Shown here: positions 36,201 to 48,424 of the stretch, piece after piece
Numbering within the stretch: the stretch's first letter is position 1
Layout of the letters: every line of letters starts with the position of its first letter
Origin: Phyllosticta citribraziliensis
Taxonomy: Eukaryota
NCBI RefSeq assembly: GCF_038025025.1
Contig: NW_027117344.1
Location: 2,108,001-2,172,000 of the forward strand
Direction: 5' to 3'
Length of the DNA: 64,000 bases
Notes under the pieces: model-generated
Database searches by the model: none
What the model was told of the DNA's origin: nothing
What the model saw: only the letters and a program-made list of their open reading frames with translations
Made by a program: the position numbers and the translations under genes

Positions 36201-39200
36201 CTTTGAGAAAGGCCAACGCAGAGGCAGTTCGTCGTGTCAAGAAGAATATCCCCCTTTTGGGTTCTGAAGGTGGCACTGGCACCAAAGGCATTGGCGTTGT
36301 CGGCAAAGACCACAGTATCAAGGGCGACGGCGTCATGGTCTCGTCCAGCGAAAGCGAGGACTCGGATGACGATGAAATTGACGCCGAGCTCTTTGGTCCT
36401 TCGGTCAAGGTCCCGAAACCCAAGGCAAAGCTTCCGCTGATTGCACAGGGTCCTGTCAAGAAGAAGAGGGTTGTGCGCTCTTTCAAGGACATGCGTGCGC
36501 GATTGGCCCCTGACCTATCTTCTTTGCACAAGACCATCCTTTCGTGGGACTATTTCCACGATGGTGACTTCCCGCCGAAATCTCGTCCAGACATCTACAA
36601 CAAGGTGCCGAACAAGTTCGTCTCGCCCGTGGACTATCAAAACACCTTCTTGCCTCTGCTCACCCTGGAGGCATGGCAAGGGTTTGTGAAGGCGCGCGAG
36701 GAAGGGTCTTTCAAGCCTTACAATGTCAAGGTCGTCAACCGTGGAAATGTGGACGCCTTTATCGAGCTCAGCACCAACTTGGATCACGCCACCAACCGCG
36801 ATCTCAACATAATGGAAGGCGACATCTGCCTCTTGTCCAAAGCGCCACAACCAGCCACTGGACGAGACGCTCCGCACTGTCTTGCCCGCGTATTTCGTAT
36901 CACACGTAAAAAGGCGCACCTGGAGGTCTTGTACCGCATCATGCATGGTCCCTTAATTCAGCACCTGGTGCCTAATGCGACCGTATATGGTGTCAAGATT
37001 CAGAGCATCACGCCCCTCGAAAGAGAATATGGAGCTCTGAATGGTCTTCAGTACTATGACCTCTGCGACGAAATCATCAAAGCGAAGCCTAGCCCACTGC
37101 TCAAGTACAATGAGAAGCAGCTGGATCCACTCGTCGCGAATTACAATCTCAACCTGGCGCAGGCCAAGGCAGTCAAGAGTGCCGTCGACAATGACGCCTT
37201 TACATTGATTCAGGGGTCAGTCATGATCGAATGTTCGAAATGTTTGAAGACGCGTATGCTAACTGCTTGATAGTCCCCCTGGTTCCGGAAAGACAAAGAC
37301 CATCGTTGCGATTGTCGGCGCACTGCTTACGGACAGTCTGAAGTCTGTAAATGCCACAGTCATCAACAAGCCTATGCCGTCCGGCATAAATCCAATGCAG
37401 GCTCGCAATAGTCAACCGGCACCCAAGAAGCTGCTCGTCTGCGCCCCTAGCAACGCAGCCGTCGACGAACTGGTCATGCGTTTCAAGGAAGGCGTCAAAA
37501 CAACAGGCGGTCAAAGCAAGAAGATTTCAGTGGTCCGTCTCGGTCGCAGCGATGCCATGAATGCCAACGTCAAGGACGTCACACTGGATGAACTTGTCAA
37601 TAAAAGTCTGAATGTCAATCCGGCGCAGAAGAATGATGCCCGGGAAGAGACGAGCAAGCTCATGTCTGAGCACCAGAAGATTTCGGAGAAGCTCAGAGAG
37701 GCGCGCCAAAAGCTGGATTCTGGCGAAATCAAGGGCCAGGCCGGCGTAGAGCTCAAGGAAGAGTTTGATGCTCTTCGCCGCGCCAAAACCCAGCTCGGCA
37801 CACGGATCGATAGTGCCAAGGACAATGAGAGCAATATGTCTCGCCAGAACGAGCTCGACAGGAAGCGGGCACAACAAAAAGTCTTGGACGACGCTCACGT
37901 CATTTGCGCCACGCTCAGCGGTTCTGGCCACGAAATGTTCCAAAACTTGAACATCGAGTTTGAGACGGTCGTCGTCGACGAGGCGGCGCAGTGTGTTGAG
38001 ATGAGCGCACTGATTCCGCTCAAGTACGGATGCCAAAAGGCAATTCTCGTCGGTGACCCTAAGCAGCTGCCTCCAACAGTCTTCTCGAAGGAGGCTGCAC
38101 GCTTCCAGTACGAACAGTCGCTGTTCGTCCGCATGCAAATGAACCATCCCGACTATGTGCACCTTTTGGACACGCAATACCGTATGCATCCGGAGATCAG
38201 CTGGTTCCCCAGCCAAACCTTCTACGACGGCCGCCTGTTGGACGGACCCGACATGGCAGGCTTGAGGGTGCGGCCTTGGCATAGAAGCGCTCTGCTTGCT
38301 CCGTACCGCTTCTTCGATGTCCAGGGTCAACACCAAGCAGCTCCTAAGGGTCACTCGCTCATCAACGTTGCTGAGATTGAAGTCGCCATGCATTTGTACA
38401 GTCGCCTCATGGCAGACTATCAAAATGGATACGACTTTAAGGGCAAGATTGGCGTCATTACTCCGTACAAGAGCCAGCTGCGCGAGCTCAAAGACCGCTT
38501 TTTGCGCAAGTACGGCCAGGGCGTCTTTGAAAATGTCGAGTTCAACACGACCGATGCGTACCAGGGCAGAGAAAGCGAGGTCATCATATTCAGCTGTGTC
38601 CGAGCCAGTCCAGCCGGTGGCATTGGTTTCTTGCAAGACATTCGCCGCATGAACGTCGGTCTCACGCGTGCAAAGAGCTCGCTGTGGGTGCTGGGCAACT
38701 CGCAGAGTCTAGTGAGGGGCGAGTTTTGGCGAAAGCTCGTTGAGGATGCGCAAAAGAGGGATCGGTACACGCAGGGCGACTTGATGGGCATGTTGAGGCA
38801 GCACTCGACCGCTTTCCCGGCTCCCAAGGAGGGCTACGCTGGCCCTGCTGCCGGTGCCAGCAATGGCGATACCATCATGAAGGAGGAGCCAATTGTCAAG
38901 CAGGAGATCAAGCCAGAGCCCGCGGATACTAAACCTGCGATCAAGACCGAGCCCAGTAAGCCCACGAACAACCTTGCTCCAAAGTCGAAGTCAGCAGCCA
39001 TAGACGACGACCCCTGGGCCGATTACTTTGGCGACGGAGCAAAGCAAGAGTCCGAAAGCGACGACGAAGACGACGAAGACGCGGATGGTGACATTAAGAT
39101 GGAAGACCGCAGCAACAGCAACGTCAACAGCGCGCCAGGGTCGTCGCGCCCTGCTTCCGCCTCAGCATCGGCCTCTCGTCCCGGCACTCCGGCTGCCCCG

Positions 39201-39392
39201 ACGGCCGCCACCGCGCACACGAGCAACGGAGCAGCGGCAGCTACTGCTGGGCAAGGCGCTGCTGGTAGCGCTGCCCGCGGAGGAGCGCCACCGGCTGCTG
39301 CGGCCCCGTCGGGTCCGTCCAAGCCGCGCATGGTGCCGGCCAAGCGGAAGAAGGCGGATCCGTTCATGCCGAGCGCCAGGAAGAAAAGGTAG
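33241..39392 (+). CDS. SEN1: Sen1/senataxin superfamily-1 RNA/DNA helicase; 3 exons
   Basis: MGEVLVGKLR|ELQDLPEDEHLFCPR (intron 33270-33339), followed by a Sen1 N-terminal domain. Intron 37216-37273 splits Walker A IQG|PPGSGKT. Also LVCAPSNAAVDE, VDEAAQ, VGDPKQLPPT, LDTQYRMHP, GVITPY, DAYQGRE and RRMNVGLTRAK. Confidence 0.96.
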
Positions 39393-42383
39393 ATGGAATG
39401 GATGATGGACATGAGATGAAAATAAGAGGAGCGGGACCTTAAGGGTCGGCGTGGTGCGTCCGCCACTGACCGGACCTGACTGCATCAGTTATGGCGTTTT
39501 CACACTTCTCTTCCCAAGACAGAAAATACTTTCCCCTTTCCTTATTTCTCTTCTTTCTGTTTTGCATGGGTCAAAAGGAACGGACGGGCGAATGAACGGC
39601 TGAAGGGTTAGCCGGCCTTACGTCAGGACTGGCTTCCGGATTCTCTTCCCTTACTCGGGTGGGAATGTCTGGCTGGAAAGATGGATGAGTGGGGTAAGCA
39701 TCAGATTTTGGGAATATGAATAACCCTATCTCTGGGTACGGCTTGGGAGGCGCTGGTGGTGGTGAGTCGAGTATCGCAGTAGGTAGATCCTTTTCGGTGA
39801 GCTGGAAAGACAGCCGTGCATGCATGCTTATGTGATGAAGTGAGGCGGTTGGGATGGATGCAAGTGAGAGCTGATCGGAGGCGCTTGGTGAGTGCGCAAC
39901 TGTACTTGATGGGATCGACGACCTGATCGAAGGGACATCAAGTTGACCATCAGTTGACTTTCGAGACCTGCTCACGGCCATAATCTCATCGAGTCTAGTT
40001 GGCCTTTCTCCCAGATGGTCGAGGCTCTTGTCGGGACAAGGAGATAGCAACGGAAGGTATCTGTTGTGTCCGTACCAGCGCCAAAGTCTCTCTGCCACGC
40101 GCCTCGTCTCTGCCGTGCCTATCCTGGACACAGCAGCTGCAAGCTGGAACGGCGGTCTGTCTCTAATTCGCAACCAACCATTTTCCTACACTTCAGCAGT
40201 GCCTTGGCGCTGGCTGAATCCCAGACAGCGAAGGAAGAGATGCTCCCACCTACACCCACTCCCCTCACCCACATTTTCTGAATCCCCCAACGATCGCGTT
40301 TGGGAGCGTCGTTCGCGCCTCTCGGAGTTTTTCTTGTTTGGCCACCACCATCGACGGCGCCGAGGTTCCGCAGCTGGTCTCCGCTCCCCTCCTCTCAGCA
40401 GCCACACCGCAATCTCACCTTGGCGTACGTGCGTGCGTGCGGGAGGGAAAAGTCGCGAGGTCGAGCGCGTGGGGGCCGGAGGCAGCTTGTGTAAGGTATC
40501 CATCCAGACCAGACGGCTCGTCGCCTCGTGTTCCCCCACCCTCGCACCCCCCCCTTTGACAGGATCGGAAGCGAGCCGTTTCCTGTCACACGTCAACGAA
40601 TGGCTATCCGTACCTTGAGCGCCGTCTGTGCCTGCACTTGTGGATTTTCCGAGGTCGGTGGTCATCAAAGGATTACCATTGACCACCCATGTGGCTGGCG
40701 GACGGACAGACGGATCGCCAACAGCCGACGACGACGTCTTTCCTGTCGTCTGGCTGCTGCATGTCAGCGTGCGGCCAACATGAGCAAGGATTCTTGCGAT
40801 GCGATGCGAGATCGGGTCTGCCCCATGTGACGTCGCGAGCACGCATGCAATTGTCCGACAACGAGGCTCGCACGCGAATACCTGCGCCCATAGTCACAGT
40901 GCATGTGTAAAGACGGGACGAGTTGGGAGCACGTCTGGCTCGTTCAAGTAGAGAACAGGAGCCGCGATATTGGATCTGCCAGAATGCTCGCATGGCATGG
41001 CATGAGATGACGGTCGGAAATAAAATCGGAGCTTGGGTGCGTGCTGACTGCTTTGGTCGACGCTGGTGCTGACGTTTGTGCTCTGGGAGAGGCCATTTTT
41101 GGCAAGAGGGTGGTGTTGAAGACGGTGGCACAGGATGAGATGGACATTGGATCCATGTACAGTACACCGGCCGGACTCGTACCTGTCACACGTTGGCCAC
41201 CTAGGATGGGGGATGGAGGCTTGCTCACTCAGCTCCATGTTCCTTGTGCCTGACCCTGACGACCCCCTAAGTTCCCCCCCAATTTGATTTCCCATGTGGC
41301 GAAGGCGAGACAGGCGCAGCGCAGTTAATATGGCTGCGTCGACCCGTCGGCTGCTCGCAGACGCCTCGTCAAGGAAGCAGAGCGCCAAACGGAGGCGCTC
41401 GCAGCTCATGTCATGCTCCTTGCTTCTGTCCATCTCCCGCGTTGGTTGTAGCAGAGGCTTGTGTTTCGGGCAGGCCATGGCACCGGCGGCCGACGTCGCA
41501 CAGCAGTGCCAGCGTGCCGCCTGCGTCGACCGTCCACACCGCACTCTCAACAGAGACATGAATGAGGTCCAGCGTCCGCCACGCTACAGTACGAGTCCAT
41601 ACGACACTTGGTGCCGTGCAACGACCCCCCCAGAAGCATCCAATCCAATGCGGCCGGCGCCCTCGCACAACAAGGGCGCCTTCGACCTCTTGCGCTCAGA
41701 AGAGATGGATCGAGGGGCGAGACGTAGCACGGCGTAGCCAGCCCGGGCGCCAGACGGCGAGAATAGCAGTGCTTATATTGATGCAGCCGGCAGCGCCGCT
41801 GAGAAAATCCAGTCTCGTGCGTGCGCTCGCTGCGCGTTTGCTGCGCTTCCCGCTGTTGGTTTGGACTGACGTTTCCAGGTTGTCGCCTGCTCTGCTGCGA
41901 CTGCGCTTCCGCTAGTCTGATTCCCCAAGGCCACGTTTGGTGCCAAGGGGGCAGAAACACTTTTTTTGCTGCTTGCTGTCGGAGAAAAGAAATACGCCCC
42001 CAGTTTCGACCTACCAATTTCTCTCGAGCCCATACCTGGTGTTGCCGTTGGAGCACGCGGTGCCGTCGTGCTGCTGCTGCTCCTGCTGCTGCTCGTGCAT
42101 TGCATTGAACGCAGCAGCTTTTCGGCATCAAGCAAAAAGAAAAGACCAGAGGCAAAAAAGCAAACGCTCCGACCCAAATACCAGAACCGTCACGCTTCAG
42201 GCTGCCAGTTTCTTCCACTTCCGCTTCAGGTTCTCGAGCCCCCCGTTCTCACGTTACCTCGCCTCCTGGTCGTCGACGCATCCACCCCCTGCCACGTTCG
42301 CCGAGGGTTTCTATTCCCAACTCACCTCGCTAACCTTCTTGACCGCCTGAAGCTCATGCAGCCTTCCGTCGTCTGCCGCTGAG

Positions 42384-45300
42384 ATGGTCTTCGGTCTTGC
42401 TCGTGGAGGCTCTGCCAATACCTCCTCTGATGGTCCCGGATCTGCTGCCAATTCAGTCCCCAGTGCTCCACCCTTTCCTGTTTTGGGTCCTCACAGGCGC
42501 ACTCCGTCGTACACCTTCATGAATCACACTCCGCGGTCCCACGAGGTGAATACTCCGAGGCCTCCGCCTGCCGCCTCTCCCCCTCCACCCGCTCTGCGTC
42601 GCCATCAGCGAGCTGGAGGTGCCCGTGCCCCCAAGCGCCGTCTAGATAAACACGCAGAGCCCCGGTCTCAATCCGAGACCCACAGCTCCCCGTCAGAGGC
42701 CGCCGCCGGCACCGTTGACGTCGACGAGGATCGCAGCGCCACCGAACCCTGGTGGAACTTGCCTGACCAACCCTTTTGGCCAGACGGTCACTTCAACTCA
42801 TCTGCTTCGTTGGACTTGCGGTGTTCACCTCGAGTCATCATCCTCGACGAGGAGGAAGAGGAGCAACTGCGGCAGTCTACCAACACCAAGAGTAGCTTGG
42901 GGGATCCCGCCAAGTCGCCCACCACGGCGGACTCTCTTCAGCGTGCTGCCTCCAGGGCAGAACCGACCAGCGGTGGTGGAAGCATTGGTCGGCACGATAC
43001 ACCTACCTCTCAAACCGCAACCTCGCCGCGCGTCAAGCCGGTGCTCCGCATCCAGACGACCAACATCTCTCCTGCCACCACCACTACCAATAGACCCATC
43101 ACTCGCGGGCGTCGCTTCTCCCCTTCTCAACCTCAGACTGCACCCACTTTTGTCCCCTCCAACGAAAAGGGTCCTTCGATTACCACTTCCATCAGTACCA
43201 GCACCAGTATCAACGCCGGCAAGCCCAAGAAAATGGGCACTGTTGGCATCCCACGTGGACCCTACGCACGCATTCCTGGCATTGGGCCCGAGCACCGTGA
43301 ACTTGCATCCTTTCTTCGGGACACGGGGCCAGCGAGCGGCAGCGAGTCGGGCAGCGGCCGCCGCAGCAAGGGGTCGACGTCGTCAAAGTCGGCGCTGAGA
43401 TTCCTGCCGGGTTACCATCGGGCGGCTGGGAGAAAGGCCGGCCTCGTGGAGAAGGTGGGATCGCTCGAGGGTTGGCCTGGAAAGGGGACTGGGATCCCAG
43501 GCATGCGGACTGGAAAGTTGAGGGGTGGCGGGGCTGGAGGCAGTGGGATCAAGGAGACTTTTGTACCGGCCGAGGGCGTGGTGCAGAAGGTGAGCACGAC
43601 AGGTGAGTCATGTCTTGTCTCTGGCTGTCGGCGAGATAGAGAGGGCTTTTTCGCTAATGTCTTGAAGGACGAAAATATTTGCAGATTGTGACGGACCATC
43701 TTCCTTCGGATGGGCATTCGTCGATGCAGAGTAAGAGGTGAGACTTGATCTGTGCAAAGAGGCAACTTACGGGAACTGATTGTTACGCAGCAGCGACTTT
43801 GCTCTCAAGCGTCGGTCTGCATCCCTGCTGGACAAGCCCGGCCACGGGCTGGGAACTGACACTTTTGACACCTGGCTGTCGACGCTGGCTCTCCAGCAGC
43901 ATCCAGATCTTTCCGACTCTCTCGTCATCCCTGATCCTGCGCAGAGTCGACTGCGGATCACCAACCCGTCGGCACCGTCAATGTCCGATGCGCAGTCGAC
44001 GACGAACAAGTCTGCGACGCTCGTCGAGAATGACCAACAGGTCATCAAGCAGGCCGAAAAGCCGAATCTCAGGCGTAGCGGCTCCGCTGCTACTGACGTC
44101 AGGGCTGCGTTGTTTAGCAATCCACCTAGTGGTCATCCGTCGCCCTCTGTTGCTGCCATGAATGATGCTGAATCTGAGGCTTTTGATACGGACGTCGAAA
44201 TCATACTGCCAGTGCCCGTGGGTATGGAGGTTTTCCGCTCAAAGTCGTCGGAGAGCTTTAGAGAAAGCGATAAAAAGACTCGAAACCACGAGGACCGAAC
44301 AGCTGAGAGGTCGACGGAGGAGACGAGCAGGGAGCGTCTTGCGGGACAGGGCATATATCGACCCAAGGAGCAAGACAGACTGTCAATCAGCATCAAGTCT
44401 GATCTTGATGACGAGGAGAAGAGCCGCCAGGACTCGTTCGTGAGCGAAGGATCGTCGTCCCCTGAGCTGGATGAAGGAGGCGTCGAGGCGACACATCGTC
44501 ATAGTCGCGAGGACAAGACGCGCGCGCGGAAGCTGCGCGACCTCCAACGCCGTCGACACAACATTGACGAGATTGTGGCGCAGCCGCTGGAGGAAGAGAG
44601 CAGCGAAGGTGAACATGTTGACCGGACGACCAACATCACCACCAAGATCACCAAGGCGAACCGCGACCAGCTGGAGCGAGCAAGGCACCTCATCGGACGC
44701 TCGAACACGACACCGTCGTCTAGCAGCGCCAGGCTCTCTGTTGCAGACGGAAACAAGGGCACTGACAAGGCCAAGGAAAAGGATTCCACTCGTCTCCGTC
44801 CTGCGTCCACATGCTCAGTTTCTAATGATCCCCATCCCTCTCCTTCGTATCGGACGGGGTACACACCTCTCACTGGCCAAATGGCGCTGTCTCCCGTCGT
44901 CACTGTCGCGGAGCAGATGCCTGTGCCTCGTCCCAAGCACCCAAGGAAGCCAGCTCGTCTGGTCTTGAAAGAGCGGCGGCAGTCGCGTCCTCTTGCCATT
45001 GCGGTGCGGACGAGCGTCGGGAGCACGAATGGTGTTTACGGCAATGGCTCATCATCGCTAGCTCTCGTCGAGCAAGGGCGCGTAAGAAAGAGTCTGGACG
45101 ATGCAGCGCTAGAGAGTCGAGGAGAGAGAGACGCAACTGGAAGAACGCGCAGAGCCAGCAGTCTGAAGTTCGTACCCGGCCAGCGCGACCACCCTCACCA
45201 TCACCACCACGGTCATTACCAGTCGCGCCCAAATAGCCGTACAAGCACGCACCATCAACATCGCCAATCCAACAGCTTCGCTGTCGGGTCGGGGGACAAC

Positions 45301-46035
45301 AACGGCGGTGGCAGCGGTGTCCGCAACAACCGTGCCTCGCACTTCACGCTGCAGACGCCCAGCGCCATGTCCGTCGTCTCGCGCTCGTCGTACCCGCGCC
45401 TCTCGCACGACTCACGGAGCAGTCGCGGCAGCGGCAGTCTGCTCCAGGGCAGCACGGCGGGCGGCGCGACGACGACGTCGTCCTCGTCAACGACAGCGGC
45501 CGGCAGCGCCTCGCATCAATCTTCGCACCCGTCGTATCTGCCGCACTATTACCAGCGCCACCATCACCACCAACACCAAAGCTCGTCTGGCCATGCGAAG
45601 AAAGCTGTCAGCGGCAACAGTAGCAGTGGCGGTGGCAGCGGCAACGGCAGCAAAGGCAAGACAACCGCCACGCCCGCTCCCAACGCCATGGCCGCAGCGG
45701 CGACGTCGTCCGGCAAGAGCAGAAAGCGAAATCGCACGGCAGCGCTCGAGGCGCGACTCGAGGCCGTGGAGCGCCAGAACCGGCTGCTGGAGGCGGCGCT
45801 GCAGGCCGTGTTGGCGGCGGGCGGCGCTCTGGGCGGCGTTGGCGGCCGCGGCAGCGTGGGCATGATTGGCATGGGTGACGATGACCACGATAGCGAGTGT
45901 GCGTGTGGGTGGGAGAGTAGCAGTACGAGTGGTAGTGTGAGTGACGTGGAAGAGAACGAAGCAGAGGGGCTGATGGAGAAGAGTAAGGAGAAGGCGCAGA
46001 AGGGCAAGGTCGTTGAGGAGGTGGGTGTGGCGTAG
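42384..46035 (+). CDS. Large low-complexity hypothetical protein with C-terminal coiled coil; 3 exons (start uncertain)
   Basis: ORFs 42384-43691 and 43780-46035 join in frame through introns 43603-43667 and 43738-43790 with canonical donors and branch points. Contains HRELASFLRDTGP, QKVSTTG|RKYLQIV and LEARLEAVERQNRLLEAALQAVL. Confidence 0.7.
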
Positions 46036-47283
46036 GAGAAGTGAGATGAGATGAGATGGGGTGGGTGCATGCTGTGCAGATGCTTTATGAGTGATGAAAG
46101 ACGCGGCGTTTTGCTTTTTTCCCTGTATGTGACGCGCGTGCGTACGTGCGTGGGTCGGGTTTTGGAAGCCCCTGGTTGTTGTACAGAAACATACACACCT
46201 TCTCCTCCTCTTTCCCCGCAGAATTCTCCTGGGATTGTCTGACCGAGCGTGTGGATGATTTTCTCGTTTGGATGGACATTGGCGTGAGTGGAAAGTTTGA
46301 CGACGAAGAAAATATGAGATGGTGGGATGACTTATGACACTATACTACAACGGACGTGTAAAAGGAGATGGCAAAGGACGAAGATTTGGAGAAGGAGAGC
46401 ATGGAGTCGATCAAAATGTGAACATAACGCACCAAACAAAAAGGCATTGATCTTTTCCCCGTCACCGATAAGCGTTACGCTCCATCTCATTGGCCGTCGG
46501 CTGGTGGTGATTTTCAGGAACTAGGATTCCTTTTGTGTGCATATATACGGGGTATCAGGTTTATTACAGCGTGGGCATGAGCGTGGGCAAACTCCCCCAC
46601 GTCTATCTTGCTTTTCTTTCTGTTTTCTTCTTTTGTCCCCTGATGCCGTGCACAGTAGGGAGGAGCGGTCCGGTCCGTGGAGCATGCTGGTAAATCCAAG
46701 GAGAGTGGCGGTGATTGAGACGGAGGTCATTTCTGGGGTTAGAGGAGGGAGGTGGCTGTGGCGTTCTGGATGCAACTGGTGAGCTTTACTTCAGCCTCAT
46801 CTCGTGTAGGTCATGGGTGTCTTGATGGTGGTGTTTTCGTGATGATGGGTCTGTGGTGTTGTCGGTGGTGGGTCAGCCAGGGGCTAAATTTAGCGCGTCG
46901 GCGACGATCAGTCAGGGCAGGGCACCCCCGCGCAGGGGTGTCCTCTTCTGGCCTCCCCGCCAAAAACATCCTCCGACCTCTTCTTCTCTTCTCCCACCTC
47001 CTCCAACTCTGTTCCTGTATACAGCCCTTTGTCCCTGTTACACTCTATCCCTCCTCTGCCTCCTCCTTCACGCCCGCTTTTGACTTTGCATTCGGTACAC
47101 ATCTGTCCCGTACTTGCCTGCCTCCTTGCTCCCAACCTAAATCCCCCGCCTCTCCACCACCTCGACTGTGCCTCCTTTTCTGGAGCGCCTGATCACCAGC
47201 ATCGACTCTTTCGACCGTGTTCGCTATCCGACCAGACGACCTCAGCTCCATCCCCACCGCCTGCGACCAATTGACCTCCCAAA

Positions 47284-47908
47284 ATGTCGATCCTCTCCGA
47301 CCCCAACGCCCCCCTCTTCAGCACCGAGCTCATCTCGCCGACCGTTCTCTCCGCCCTGCCGCAGGGCTACACATGCCGACCGATTCGGCGCAGCGACTAC
47401 CACGCGGGCTTCCTCGACGTGCTGCGCGTGCTGACGACGGTCGGCGATGTGAGCGAGGCGCAATGGAACGAGCGCTACGACTGGATGAGCCGCCGCAACG
47501 ACGAATACTTCCTCATCTGCATCATCGACGACAGCGGGCGCATCGTGGGCACGGGCGCTTTGGTCGTCGAGCGCAAATTCATCCACGGCCTGGGCCTCGT
47601 CGGACACATTGAGGACATTGCCGTCGCCAAGGACCAGCAGGGCAAGAAGCTGGGCCTGCGCGTCATCCAGGCGTTGGACTTTGTCGCCGAAAAGGTGGGC
47701 TGCTACAAGGTGAGTTTGTGCTCTCCCCTTCTGTGCGCGTTTTACCGTATGATCGCGGCGCTCACTGGCGGATTCGATCGGTGCTCATATCGTCGACCCC
47801 CAGACCATTCTCGACTGCTCCGAGGCCAACGAGGGGTTTTACGTCAAGTGCGGCTTCAAGCGCGCCGGCCTCGAGATGGCGCACTACTACGACACGCCCA
47901 AGGCTTAA
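47284..47908 (+). CDS. GNA1: Glucosamine-6-phosphate N-acetyltransferase; 2 exons
   Basis: LPQGYTCRPIRRSDY, FLDVLRVLTTVG, VERKFIHGLGLVGHIEDIAVAKDQQGKKLG and GCYK|TILDCSEANEGFYVKCGF. Intron 47710-47803; TAA 47906-47908. Confidence 0.96.
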
Positions 47909-48405
47909 AAGACATCTTCCTGGATATACTGTTGTCGGATTATATTCCGTCAAGACTCAATTGCGTGCATGGGATTGGGAACGATGAACGATTAGCGAGG
48001 CTACCTCTGGCCGCGGATTCCATAGAGAGAAGCGATTCACGACGGGCGTTGGGAGAATGTCAAGACCTATCTAAACGAGATTTAAATCTTGTGCGTGTCA
48101 GCCACATGCCCTTGTTCTGGTTGCGCTTGACGTGCTGCAGGGCACAAATGTCGCACGCGTTGATAAGGACTGGTCACACGCGTGGCATCCACGCGCTCTA
48201 TCTAATCTCTGAACCTCTGTTTAAAAGGACAACCTACTCACGGAACCACTGTCGATTGATCTGAAATTCAGCACTGACATTCGAGAACACTTTCGCGCAG
48301 CAACAGCTGCAAATCAATCCGGCGACGACACCTCCTGCGACCAGACAGCAGAGCATTACAGTGGACCACCATGGCCGAAGAGCCGTGAAGCAGATCCTCT
48401 CCTGT

Positions 48406-48424
48406 GGGGGGGGGGGGGGGGGGG
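48406..48424. repeat. poly(G)19 tract
   Basis: Direct reading; downstream of GNA1. Confidence 0.9.

Noticed and set aside
39571..40173. 200-aa minus-strand ORF convergent on SEN1
   Set aside because: No recognisable motifs or codon bias, and S/P-rich composition typical of non-coding frames. An orphan gene cannot be fully excluded.
5570..47908. Possible GlcNAc/amino-sugar gene cluster (sugar kinase, GNAT, GNA1)
   Set aside because: The genes are spread over 40 kb, the kinase is Glk1-type, and no deacetylase, deaminase, hexosaminidase or Ndt80-type regulator is present.
47710..48264. 326-aa read-through version of GNA1 in the ORF track
   Set aside because: Produced by ignoring intron 47710-47803. 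Splicing restores the conserved TILDC...FYVKCGF C-terminus.
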